Origin: Lytechinus pictus
Taxonomy: Eukaryota
Length of the DNA: 64,000 bases
Assembly: GCF_037042905.1 (NCBI RefSeq)
Contig: NC_087251.1
Location: 46,874,001-46,938,000, forward strand
Direction: 5' to 3'
The notes under the pieces were generated by a model, which was given only the letters and a program-made list of their open reading frames with translations, was not told the DNA's origin and searched no databases. Every line of letters starts with the position of its first letter. The first letter of the stretch is position 1. This document shows, piece by piece, positions 1-11,475 of this stretch. Made by a program: the position numbers and the translations under genes.

Positions 1-249
1 TCCTCGCTGAGTTCTAGCATCGCTAGTCCGCTTCGTGTAACATCGCCATCTTTCGGCCGAAGCAAGAAAGGCAAGGGGAAGAAGAAGCATAGAAGTGACA
101 CTGTAACTGGCACATTACATCATCCTCCCGGCTTTGTACCCATCGACAAGAAAGAGAAAACCAAACCTTAGAAGGACAAGAGTGTAAATCTGTATGAAAG
201 GCAAAACTTCGTTGCAGATTCAGGATCAGACGACGATTATTTCCAGTAG
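1..249 (+). pseudogene. C-terminal fragment of a low-complexity Ser/Lys-rich ORF, possibly a retroelement ORF1 remnant
   Basis: Frame 1 reads SSLSSSIASPLRVTSPSFGRSKKGKGKKKHRSDT...KEKTKP*, with TAG at 169-171, then continues KDKSVNLYERQNFVADSGSDDDYFQ* to 249. The composition is coding-like but the family is not recognised. Confidence 0.25.
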
Positions 250-1428
250 ATGAGTTCCAAAAAAAAATTTGTGTTTGTGTTTGGAGTTTTAATTCAGACT
301 GGATTTTGAAAATTACACGCCTATTTTTGTGGCAATTGGAGTTTGGAAACTTTTTAGTAATGACTTTGAAGAACAGAATTGTTGGATTTGACTGCTCTCA
401 TGATCATATGGATATGAATTTGGAGCTAATTCGCATTTTGGCATTGATCATCGTCATAGTTACTCATCAGGAATAATGTAGATTCATAATATACATTATA
501 TATATATTTCTGGAAGATAATTTAGAAGATATGTAAATAGTAATGCGTGATTATATTAGCTTGTGAAAGGGATCTGTGCATTTTGTAAATATTTTTATAT
601 CATTTAATTTTATTCATGAAAAGTATAATCTTAAATTAAAGCCCAGCTTTTCTGATCTATCACAGTTCAATTTATTCAGTAAGATAACCAATGGGACAAA
701 TATCAGACTTAATCATTTTTGTTAAATTTTATTTTTCAGGATCTCTTTTGGCAAGGCCCCAGTTAATAACGATACGTGCCTCTACATTCTTCCCCTCAAC
801 TTCTGACAGCAACAATTTTCAGAAAAGCTAATTAATCATCCGGAATATCATTGCTAGGTAAGTTAGAAAACGAAATGAAATTGCCTTACATTCATTTAGT
901 CAGTGACACTCACGCTACTTAAACTTTTCAATGAGCTTCAATTAGACCCTACTAGTAAACTGATCGAGGGTTTTGTTTTATTTTGTCGGCAAAGTTAAAA
1001 TGGAATTCTCGATTCCTACAAGTAATTAAATTTGTGTAATGGAATTCATTTAGTTGTAATTGGACAATCATTTTCTCATTTTCTAAAAGTGAAAAAAAAA
1101 AATTTCTTACATTTAGGCCTGAATTTATTATATATGCACCTTGTATTAATCTTCAATTTATTTAGTTCGTTGTCAGTTTTGTCAGTAAAAGGAAAACGTG
1201 ATTGTTCTGCGTATAGATATGGGATTTTACTTCTTTATATAATTTTCTCTGCCGGTTTGCAGGACCCTTTGATGAGTTGTGACTTCAGCCGACCAGAACG
1301 ACGTGATCCCCATGACAACCGCCACAACCTCCTGTGAGCTCTGCCGTTCACCGCGCTGGCAACTGGAGAATTTGAGAAGGAACGATTAACAATCAAAGGG
1401 TAGTTTTTTGTACTCCTTTTTAGGTAAT

Positions 1429-2060
1429 CCACTTAAAATAGATCAATTCAAACTGTCTATATATTTATCCTCCTTTTTTACTCCACTTTTTATCGAAATT
1501 ATGCACGGTAATTAACCTGTATATTAATTACATCAACCCCTCTTTTCCCTTCTCTTCAAAACCACTGTGCTACTTTTGGCCAGTAGGCTATCCACTAAAT
1601 AAATCAATTCAACTCTCTATATACTTATCCTCCTTTTTTTACTCCACTTTTTCAACGAAATTATGCACGGTAATTAACCTGTATTCCATCAACCCCTCTT
1701 TTCCCTTCTCTTCAAATTCTCTCTGTCACTTTGGCCAGTACGCTACTTGTCCTCCTTTTTTACACAAATTTTAAACCAAATTACGCACGGTAATATATTC
1801 CATCAATCCTCTTTTCCTTTCTCTTCTAAACCACTCTGCCACTTTTAGACAGTAGGCTATCCACTAAATAAATCAATTCAACTGTCTATATGCTTATCCT
1901 ACTTTTTGACTCCACTATTCAACCAATACTACGCACGGTTATTAACTGGATATTCCATCAACCCCTCTTTTCCCTTCTCTTCTAAACCACTCTTCCACTT
2001 TTATCCATCCAATATAATTTCAACAAGCTTATTTACTTATCTTCCTTTTTGACTCCAGTG
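1429..2060. repeat. Degenerate tandem repeat, about 160-bp unit, about 4 copies
   Basis: Recurring blocks 'aattatgcacggtaattaacctg', 'catcaacccctcttttcccttctctt' and 'taggctatccactaaataaatcaattcaact'. Confidence 0.8.
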
Positions 2061-2207
2061 CGTATTATCGCCTGGCCAAACCCCATAGACAGAGCCAAAA
2101 AGAACAATAAGATTAAGATTCTAATCTAGGTCTTATCCTCCTTTTTGGCTATGTCTATGGGTTTTGACAACACAATAACACGTGCTAGAGTCAAAAAGGA
2201 AGATAAG
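2036..2207. repeat. Imperfect palindrome of about 170 bp
   Basis: Paired arms cttatcttccttttttgactc/gagtcaaaaaggaagataag, aaaccccatagac/gtctatgggtttt and agccaaaaag/ctttttggct around a centre near 2120. Confidence 0.75.
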
Positions 2208-3675
2208 ATAATAGTACGCATTAAATTAATGTGTGTGACCGTGTATGATATCATATAATCGAACAGTTAGGATGATCCATTGTTATTGTGGGGGTGTACT
2301 GTGATGATGTGAGATAGTATAATTGTGCAATGTCACGTCAACAAAAAAATTGTCCCATGCCATGTGCGAGAGTCTTGTCCAGTGAGAGGGCGAGACGTGT
2401 ATCGATCATTGAACAAAATAAATCTATTGAAAATCAAAGAGTGCTTGGCCAAACTCAGCCTTAGTATATAACGTTACTGTATCACTCTGCCACTGGTAGT
2501 AATGCCACACTGGCCGCGGAACACTAAATCTCGCGTCCGACAACACAAAAATTCCCAACTAAGCCTCTCTATTTAAAGGCTAAATGTGAATTATTAAGTA
2601 TTCACGAATTTAAAATAATACAGAAGAAAAACTTACAATTTTCGTTATTTCAATGTTAATTCGGCGAACCATGGTCATTTTCAGTAAAAAAAAAAAAGTT
2701 CCCATGACATATATTGGGCATATCGTCACGCTGCAGAGCGTGTTTACGGTAAAATAAAAACATGGTTTTAACTTCCAGGTTTGCAGGGTCAACAACAATC
2801 ATGCATTGCGAGGGACGTAGACTGTGATATAGGCTGCAAGATGGCTTTGAACGGAGCTAAGATGATGAACTTTATTTTCCCCTAAAAATTCTATTTTTTT
2901 CCTATGATTTTCATTGAAATATTTAACTGAAAATAGGAGTAATATTAGGCTAAATTTGAGGTATCTTTGAGGGCCTACAGCTCAAAACTGACCCCCTCAG
3001 AACATATTAAGAACCATGTTTTTGAGTAGCTTGCAATGTTCTCTCTCGATTGCTACCAAACTTGCAGCCAATACGTATGGCGCTGAGAAGCGCCCAAGAC
3101 AACAAAGCAATGTCAAATTTTTAAAGATTAATTTGCGATCGTTGGAAGGGTAAAATGTGCCCTCTCTGGCGGAAAAGCAAAATGTACTTAATCCCACAAA
3201 TAGTAATTTACGGGGCCTTTCAGGATATTTCGCCTGATTGTATCAGTTTCAAAATAACATTTGACAACAGTTTCCTTTAAAACTAATTTTATTGTAACTG
3301 TTGGACATGAGTTTGATGATGATGTATTGTGAGCAATGAATGAGGAATGGATTGTGAGACTTAGAGCAAATTAGAATTTTCAACAATAAATTAGAAGGGG
3401 GGATAAAATTTCATGGCCCCCCTATTTGTTTTTCCCCGGGCCAGGTTAAAATATATTTGGAAAGTAGAATAAATCTGTATATGTAGATCTTATGTTTTTA
3501 TAATAATGGAATCAGGGGACAAGGCTTCTGTCTATTTTTTTTGGGGGGGAGGGGGGGCTAGGGAGGAGAGCTCATGATCCAAGCAATTAAAAAAAATTAG
3601 GGGTGGGCGACTTACTTGCTAAATTTGCAATATCTGTCACAATTATGGGGGCTTGCTTTCATAGGTAGGTGGGGA

Positions 3676-3975
3676 CAGTGGCAGATCCAGGACTTTCAAA
3701 GGGGGGGGGGGGGGGGACAAGCCCCCCCCCCCAAAAAAAAGGTTTTCATTTTCAAAAAAGGTATTCACTTTCTTCATGCCCATCACCTGTACTCTTCACA
3801 TGCTAACTAATGATCATCTCATCTATGCTATTGACCGCCGCGATTTATGGCTAATCTCCGAAGAGCGGAGGATCAAAACAGAGAGAGGGGGCACACTTCT
3901 GTTTTAACATCACTTTTACGTTAAAAATTTAATTGGCCATGGTCCAGCTTTGCCCCCCCCCTGGATCTGCCAGTG
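3676..3975. mobile_element. hAT-type non-autonomous MITE
   Basis: TIRs cagtggcagatccagg / cctggatctgccagtg. The 8-bp flanks ggtgggga (3668-3675) and cgtgggga (3976-3983) match 7/8, as expected for a hAT TSD. Confidence 0.75.
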
Positions 3976-4082
3976 CGTGGGGAGGGGGGGGGGGCTGATG
4001 TCAAAGTCAAGGATTGATTTAAGTTTAGAAAGCTTTGCGTGGATGTGGCTGTCTTTCCTTTATTTTTTCTTTCTGGATTATA

Positions 4083-7024
4083 CTTGTCTTGTCTTGTCTT
4101 GGGTTAAGTCGGCATATGCAGACTTGCTGTACTCCGCCAACTTTATTGATGTGTGTGAAATCACCAAGTAAGCAGGTCACTTGCTAGGTTTTTGATTGAG
4201 TTTGGATTTGAAAGAGTCTAATGAGTTTATCAATGTTGTGTCCATGTTTAACTCGTTCCAATCTTTGGTAGTTCGAGGGAAGAAGCTGTATCTATGAACA
4301 TCCCTTTTGACTAGTAGACGCTGGAGCTTGATACTATTTCCTCTAGTCTGCCGGGTGTTTTGCTGGATGAAGTTTTTGGGGTTGATGGCAACAAGACCTT
4401 TGATTATTTGGAACATTAGGCTCAGTCTACTGTATTTCCGTCTGTCTTCCAATGAGTCCCATTCTAAGGCCCGTAACATGGTTGTGACGCTACTGGTTTG
4501 TCTGTAGTTCCCCATACAGAAACGAGCTGCCTTTCTCTGAATGGCTTCTATTTTCTGGGTATCCTTCTTGTAATGGGGATCCCATGCAGGGGAGGCGTAT
4601 TCCAGGATTGGTCTCACCAACGTTTGGTAGGAAAGTTGTTTTATTTCCTTGGGAGCAGACCAAAAGTTCCTTCTCAGGAAACCGAGTACTCTGGAAGCTT
4701 TGGAGCAGACTTTGTTGATCTGGGCGTCCCAGCGCATCCTGTTATCCATTTCAACACCAAGGTAAGAGCACGTAGACACTTCTGAGTTTTCTCAGTAGTC
4801 GTTCGTGTGGAACCTTATCGAACGCTTTGGCAAAGTCTAGGAAAGCTACATGTACAGATTTTCCTTTCTCAAGAGCATTTGTTATGTCATGGATAGTAAG
4901 TACTAATTGGGTGGTAGTAGAACGTTTTGCTCTAAAACCATGTTGGTTGTCAACCAAGATTTCATGCATTTCCAAATGCTTCATAATATGGGAATGTACA
5001 ATGTGTTCGAGGATCTTACAAGCAATACAAGTCAATGATACTCCTCTATAATTATTTGGATCTGACTTTTCCCCTTTTTTAAAGATAGGACAAATATTAG
5101 CCCTTTTCCACTGTAAAGGTACATAACCCTCATTTACTGAGGACTGATATATATCAGTTAAAATTGGGGTTATTTCATTTGCTACCATTTTAAAGAACCA
5201 CGGAGGAAGGTCATCTGGTCCAGATGCCTTGTTAGGATTAATGTTCTGTAGTTGTTTAAGTACTCCAGATTCACTAATAACAAGTTTTTGTATTTCCGGT
5301 AGTTGAGTAGAGATTAGTGGTACATTTGTTACATCCTCTTTTGTGAAGTTGCTTACAAATACCTTGCTAAGAAGCACAGCTTTCTCTTTATCAGCACTTA
5401 TTATTTTATTATTGATTAGAAAGTCATCAATACCAGTACTTTCTTTCTTTAATTTTGCAAATATAGACCAAAAAACCTTTGGGTTTTCTTTTAATGACAT
5501 TAGTAAATTGTCTGTTATATACTCTGATTTAGATTTATTTAATTCTTTTCTAATTACATTGCAAAACTTTTTGAAGATATCCCAATCTTTGGGCAAACCA
5601 GATCTCTTTGCTTTATTATACAATCTTTGTTTTTTCCTACACATTCTCCTATGTGTTCTTGTGAACCATGGTAAATTTCGTCTATTAGAAGCCAACTTTA
5701 CTGGTACATGGTCCTTCATTATGGATTTCAGCTCTTTTTCCAAGTTATCCCATTTATCCTGCGTTGAGCAGTTCATATAACTTTCCCTGTACTTCTTACA
5801 AAACTGGTTTATTCTTTCTTTAATTCTTTCCTCATCAGCTTTCTGTCTTTGGAAAATTACTCGTTTAGGTTTACAATTCCTTCTTACTTTGACATTGATA
5901 CTTGATTCTACTATATCATGATCACTAAGCCCTGCGATGACATTTACGTCTTGGACGACAGCAATGTTATTTGAAAAGAAGAGGTCTAATATATTGTTTT
6001 CCCTTGTTGGGCTATTTACTAACTGTTCTAAGCCATTGCTAATTGTAACATCTAATAATGCTTCAGCAGTTTCTTTTGAGGCTGAACTTGTTTGCAATAC
6101 AATTGCCTCTTTCCAGTCAATGTTACTTTGATTAAAATCTCCTTGGATGATGACATCATAAGGCTTAACATGAGCATTTATCAAGTCAAGTGATTCTTTA
6201 AGAGAATACACAGTAGTCATATCATTGTGTTTAGGTTTATAGACCGTAGCCAATAAAATTGGTCTCCTATGTATTAGGTTAAGTTGGCACCATATAATTT
6301 CTGATCCTTTCTCTAAGTCAGATCTTCTCACAATTGGCAAATTGGTTTTATGCATGAGAAAAACGCCACCATGGGCATCGCTTTCTCTGTCCTTTCTATG
6401 CACTGTATAACCATTAGGCATGAATTCCGCATCTAACACTGAGGGACTCAGCCATGTTTCAGTACCGAACACAACATCTGGTTGGTACATATGTATCAGT
6501 GTTTCCCATTCTGCTTTTTTATTCTTGATACTTTGAAAATTTATACAGAGGCAATGTAGTTTATTAGTTGACGACTTCTTTTTGGAACAAGACTTTGTTT
6601 CGTCCATACTCTTGTTTGAACTATCATCACTATCATCAGACATTGCTGTTGAATTTGAGCTATTGTCAAAAAAAGAGTCTGTGAAGTTAAGAACTTCACA
6701 CTCTGGACACAACCATTCAAAGTTATCTATTGTTACATACTTGTCATAGTCGGTTTCAGTGACATCACAACAATCGATGTGAGTCCATCTAATACAGCGG
6801 TCACATTCTAGTGCCTTTTGACCATATCTAACAGGCTTGTTACATATAGTGCAAGGTGATACACATTCTGGACATATCCAGTTTTTCTCCGCTAATATCG
6901 ATTTATATTCACGAGTATTAATTTTTAGACAACTCGTGTGAGTCCATTTTCGGCATTCACTACAATTTATCCATCTCCTTGTCTTGGTCCCTACTCTATG
7001 GCAAACTTCGCAGATTTTATCCAT
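4083..7024 (-). mobile_element. CR1/L2-group non-LTR retrotransposon (PHD-PHD-APE endonuclease-RT) with an internal deletion in RT
   Basis: ORF 7024-4751 has two PHD fingers (CEVC...CSECRKWTH..C...WICPEC; CTIC...CDRCIRWTH..C...WLCPEC), APE motifs (INFQSI, GTETWL, GDFN, LDLFF, SDHD) and the RT N-terminus (KASGPD, NYRGVSLTC, QHGFR, LDFAKAFDKV). ORF 4779-4177 carries the RT C-terminus (YLGV, LVRPILEYASPAWDPH, YSFFPRT). A 3' tail of (ACAAG)n lies at about 4083-4101. The 5' end is not defined. Confidence 0.92.
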
Positions 7025-8984
7025 TGGTAAGCGTAATTATAATAAGTGAAAACAATCATATTTTTCCAGTGGTAACTTGAATTTTGAGTTAAGCTTGTAT
7101 CGAGTTGAGTTGCTGTAATATTGCACAAACTTTACCAAACCTCTACAGACTGCACAAAAAGTCACTAATTTCACAAACTAATTCTAGCCTATTCTACACA
7201 AATGGAGTTACTTTAACACCTTAAAAATATGTAGTAGGGCTCCTACTCTTTAAAAAACATCGAACAATCAAACTTCAAAGTACTGAAGAGTATAAAAATG
7301 TGTTTCATAAAAAAGAGTATAAATAAAGACGAAGTATAGATATTTAGATCTACGTAACTAACAGTGGGAGATTAGCATTTGCTATAAAGATTCACCAATG
7401 CGCCACATGTACGTTTGTAAAGCGTTGTCATCAAAACACTAAATGACTGTTGCTTAGACCAAAATCGTTATTGTAAATTTCTTTTTTTTTTTTTTTAGTT
7501 TGGGATCTAAGTTCCAGGTTGATGACATGAAAATACAATTAAAATAAGATAGCAGACGTAGTATATGGGCTACAATGAGTTCAAAGTGCAATAGTACTCC
7601 CATCGTCGTTCTTCAAATACCAGCCTCAATCACAAGCCAGGACAATAAAACAGTCATTTGTTAATTTCCTGTTTGTCACTTTCAATCCTTCTTTCAGTGA
7701 AAGGGAATTATGAATATCCCAATTAATTATAAATATTATGTACATGTTTACATGTTATTGTTTATTAAATTCTTCATTCTATGATTCTACTGGTCTCTTG
7801 AACTATAGATGAAGTCATTTGTCAATTAATGATTATAAGTATTTAATTTCCTGTTTGTCACTGAAAGAATCAACTAAAATATAATAATTTCAGGGGAGAA
7901 ATCATCCTGACCCCCCCCCCCCTTATTTCATTTTGTTTCCTGCTTAGCAAGTGTACATGGATGATCCAGAACAGAAGGTAGGGGAGGGGCAAAAAAAATA
8001 ACCTGGATCACCTAAGAAAAATGCTCAGATGTTTACACATAAATTCCCACCCATTCACATCTAAAAAAAAGTGTGACACTGCAACATACATATTTGGCAG
8101 TTTTATTTGTGACATCAAAGGCACGCATTAATTTATGCATATTAATTGCATAAACATAGAAATATGTGTTTTAGAGTTTTTATAAGTTGAATTATGAATA
8201 TGATGAAGTTATTTTTAAAGTGTAACGTTACAATATTTTGTTTGTAAAAAAAAAAAAGAAGACAAATCCACGTCAACTCATCACTGAGAAAATCTTTATA
8301 GTTTGACGAAAAATCATGCAAATTGCACATGCACCTAATTAAATGTGCATTAATTTGCATATTCAAGGTCAATGTAAAAAAATTTGCATTTAAAATTTAG
8401 AGCATCCCATAAGCTTCAAAATGAATGGCCATGATAGTTGATACTTTTATCAGTATCTCCATGTACCGGTAATCACTTTTGTAAAAATCTTCAAAATTTT
8501 CAGTGGAAAAATATGCAAATTTCGACTCATTTAATATGCATTATTTTAAATCTTCAAGATAAACATTTTAAAAATGTACTCTTACAGTGTAGATCAAGTC
8601 ATAAGCTTCAAAATGAATGGTCACAAGATATACTTTTTCTGAAAATAAAAATCATGTGGCATTTCGTCACTGGAGTCAGCATTCACGATATGGCCAAATT
8701 TTTAAATTGGCGCATGGCCTCCCTATTTATTATATGTTCGACATCATAAAGGTCTAGGTCTACCATGTCTACTGCAAATCCGAAGCATAATTCTAACACA
8801 TTCCAAGTTCACAAACACAAATGCCCATTCTTCAATCTTTATCTTCACTCAATTCATCTACCTCCACGTCACAGCAAATGCGTGAACGGAAACACAGACT
8901 TCACTCTCCCCTGAAGCTTCGGCGTGATGCGCTGCACTTTGCCGTTGATTTGCCATTAAACGAAAATAATAAAAACAAAATTAC

Positions 8985-9086
8985 CTTTGGATGATTTGCG
9001 ACCATACAGTGTTCACAGACGTTGACTCGGTGCTCAAAGCAAAAAAGATTAGTAACCTTCCTTTTGGGGCACTTGCAAAGACCCAT
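8985..9086 (-). CDS. ZFPL1: Zinc finger protein-like 1 (cis-Golgi matrix protein), first coding exon
   Basis: [34 protein letters not shown] is nearly identical to the known ZFPL1 N-terminus. It is followed by donor AAG|GTAATT at 8984. Downstream exons were not found in the window. Confidence 0.93.
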
Positions 9087-9138
9087 CTTGATGTGTGAAG
9101 TTCGGAAAATCGAATGATTAATGATTTCAAAGCCGAAT

Positions 9139-9192
9139 TTCCGGACAAGATAAAGTGAACGTCAAGCTTGCCACGTAAATGACCTTTGACCT
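9139..9192 (-). promoter_or_regulatory. Putative ZFPL1 proximal promoter motifs (DR1, CCACGT core, ETS core)
   Basis: Perfect TGACCT-T-TGACCT at 9180-9192, tgccacgta at 9169-9177 and ttccgg at 9139-9144, all within about 110 bp of the ATG. Confidence 0.45.
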
Positions 9193-10185
9193 GATTATTC
9201 ATCGATCGTAAAATAATACGACTCGTATTTTTCCCTCCCTTGCTCGCTTGGCAAAAAGTTTTTAACCAACAGAGTCAGACCTAAGAAAAGATTTGGCAAA
9301 CCATTTTTACCAATCTACAGACACTATAAAATTCATGAAAACCGATTTAGGCCTACTGTAATTGAAGAGGGATAAATTTACCCCAACACAATGAGAAATG
9401 CAGAAACAAAACAATATTTTTTTAAAGATAGAATTATATAAGCAAGTTGAAAATAGTAATGTTCCGTTTATTGACCTAGAAATGGTTGAATGTCTTTCAT
9501 ATGAATTCATACTCGGCTATGAAGCATATCATTTGGTCGATTAAACTGCATGAACAAGAGATGAACCAGAGTTTAATAAAGTAACGCACTTTTTATTCAA
9601 AAGATTTTTCTCTATAACTTCATCAAAATATATAACAAATCTGATAAGTATTACAAGTGGAAGAGGCCACTCTAGCTAGGAAAAACAATGCTCATAAAAC
9701 AGTGGAAGGGGAGGCTGATCTAAGTTTTTCTTAAGGGCCGGGAGGGGGAAAAATATCTTACCAAAAAATCTGACATGGACATAACCCCTTTAATTATCTC
9801 CGCCACCCCCCCCCCCCCACGGAACTGTGCTTGTTTCCAACTGCTGATTATGCTTGTTAATGTTAATCAAATCAAATGAAGTTTGCAATATTTATCATAT
9901 TTGCACTTTTGATTTTTGCACCGGCCTCTGAAATCAGTAGACACCATATAGTGGAGACCCGGAGTGGAGATATCTGGTCGAAGTAAATGCAGACGTAAAT
10001 CTGCGTTTCTATCAAGAAAGTAAATGAATTAATGAATCAATAGCTATAAAGAATGACTAATTAAGATGTGGGTAGTGAGATAGAAAACAGATAAAATGGA
10101 TAGTTAGATGATATATTGATGGATATAATAGTTGATAGATCAATATGTGGATGGATAGATAAGAGATAAATGAATGGACATACGG

Positions 10186-10980
10186 ATCGACGGTGGTCCA
10201 GTGGTTAAAGGTCAAGTCCACCCCAGGAAAATGCTGACTTGAATAAATAGATAAAAATCAAACTGGCATAGTGCTGAAAATTTCATCAAAATTGGCTGTA
10301 AAATAAGAAAGTTGTGACATTTTAAAGTTTTGCTTATTTTTCACAAAACAGTGATATGCACAACTAGGTGAGTCAGTCGATGTCCATCACTCACTATTCA
10401 TTTTTTATAGATTTGACAATAAGGACCAACTTGACTGAACCATATAGTATTAAACAATGCTGATTCCACATGTTCAGGGAGGAATTAATCTTTGTATCAC
10501 TTGGCAATAAGGAGAAAATTAGAATTTTCATATTTCATATAATAAAATACAAAAATAGTGAGTGGATGATGCCATAGTCTCCTCATTTGCATACCAGCCA
10601 GGATGTGCATATAACTGTTTTGTGACATTAAGTGAAACTTTGAAATGTAATAACTTTCTTATTTTACATCCGATTTTGATGAAATTTTCAGTGTTATGTT
10701 TGTTGGATTCTTCTCTTTTTATTCAAATCAACTTTATTTTGGGGTGGACTTGTCCTTTAAAGCATCGGACTCATAATCGCAAGGCTGTGAGTTCAAATCC
10801 CCACTCTCCCATTGTCTCCACATTGATAAAAAGACCCGAGAGTAATATCTGTCATCTATAAGGTCAGCCGCTATGACTGATTAACCTAGACGTCATATAC
10901 TCCAGCTTGGCATTCACCAGCAAAAATGCTGTCCTGCCGTGTTCCTACTGGAGTTACTATAAACAGAAACATAAATGAAA
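10186..10980 (+). mobile_element. tRNA-derived SINE interrupted by a Kolobok-like element
   Basis: Removing 10209-10760 restores a tRNA-like head ggtggtccagtggTTAAagcatcggactcataatcgcaaggctgtgagttcaaatccc with A and B boxes. Confidence 0.7.
10209..10756. mobile_element. Kolobok-like non-autonomous DNA transposon, family A
   Basis: TTAA|AGGTCAAGTCCACCCC ... GGGGTGGACTTGTCCT|TTAA, with long internal inverted repeats. RR..YY ends plus a TTAA TSD fit Kolobok. Confidence 0.8.
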
Positions 10981-11149
10981 GGATGAGATACCAGGTGGAT
11001 GGATAGATGGAGGAATGTAAAAGTGAAAAGGAAAGATGAATGGATAGATAAACATATAGGTAGGTACTAATAGGTAGATATTTGATTTTTTTTCCTTAAG
11101 TTTCTCTCTCTCTCTTTGTTATCAAAAAGCCATAATGTTCTTCGTTAAA

Positions 11150-11475
11150 ATTGATCATATTTGCCCTACCATACTTCTAATTGCCTATGGTTAAAATCAC
11201 TATTTATTTCCAGGGGGGGGGGGCTTACCAATACAAGCTTTTGCTTTTTAATAAGTCCCTCATTTTCACTTTCATATGTTAACTAATATTTCATTATCAA
11301 AATGTGTTTGTAACTGTAACATTTTTATTTACCAATCACTTTTGTATAATATTATTTGTAACTGAAGTGTCTATTATGGCATTTATTCTGCTTTGTATAT
11401 TATGTAGTATGTGTATGTTTGTTGTCATGTTTATCATCTGATAATGAAATAAATTGAATTGAAAATAAAATGAAA
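11150..11475 (+). mobile_element. 3' end of an L2-like LINE or SINE
   Basis: Stem-loop ggggctta...acaagcttttgcttttt...taagtccc, then AATAAA and a tgaaa/ttgaa repeat tail. The same architecture recurs at 58065-58250. Confidence 0.45.

Noticed and set aside
169..249. Stop-codon readthrough at TAG 169-171
   Set aside because: There is no known readthrough context and the ORF is unidentified. A nonsense mutation in a decayed element is simpler.
2577..3276. Another TTAA-flanked AGG...CCT element
   Set aside because: The terminal inverted match is weak and there is no second copy in the window, so it is not supportable.
1..8984. ZFPL1 second coding exon (expected CIVQSYLQWL-like)
   Set aside because: No matching minus-strand sequence was found by eye. 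It probably lies beyond the left edge of the window.
10562..10861. Repeated small ORF family (MDD.IVSSF.YQPGCAYNC; also 36425 and 56765)
   Set aside because: These are incidental frames inside copies of the same non-autonomous transposon.
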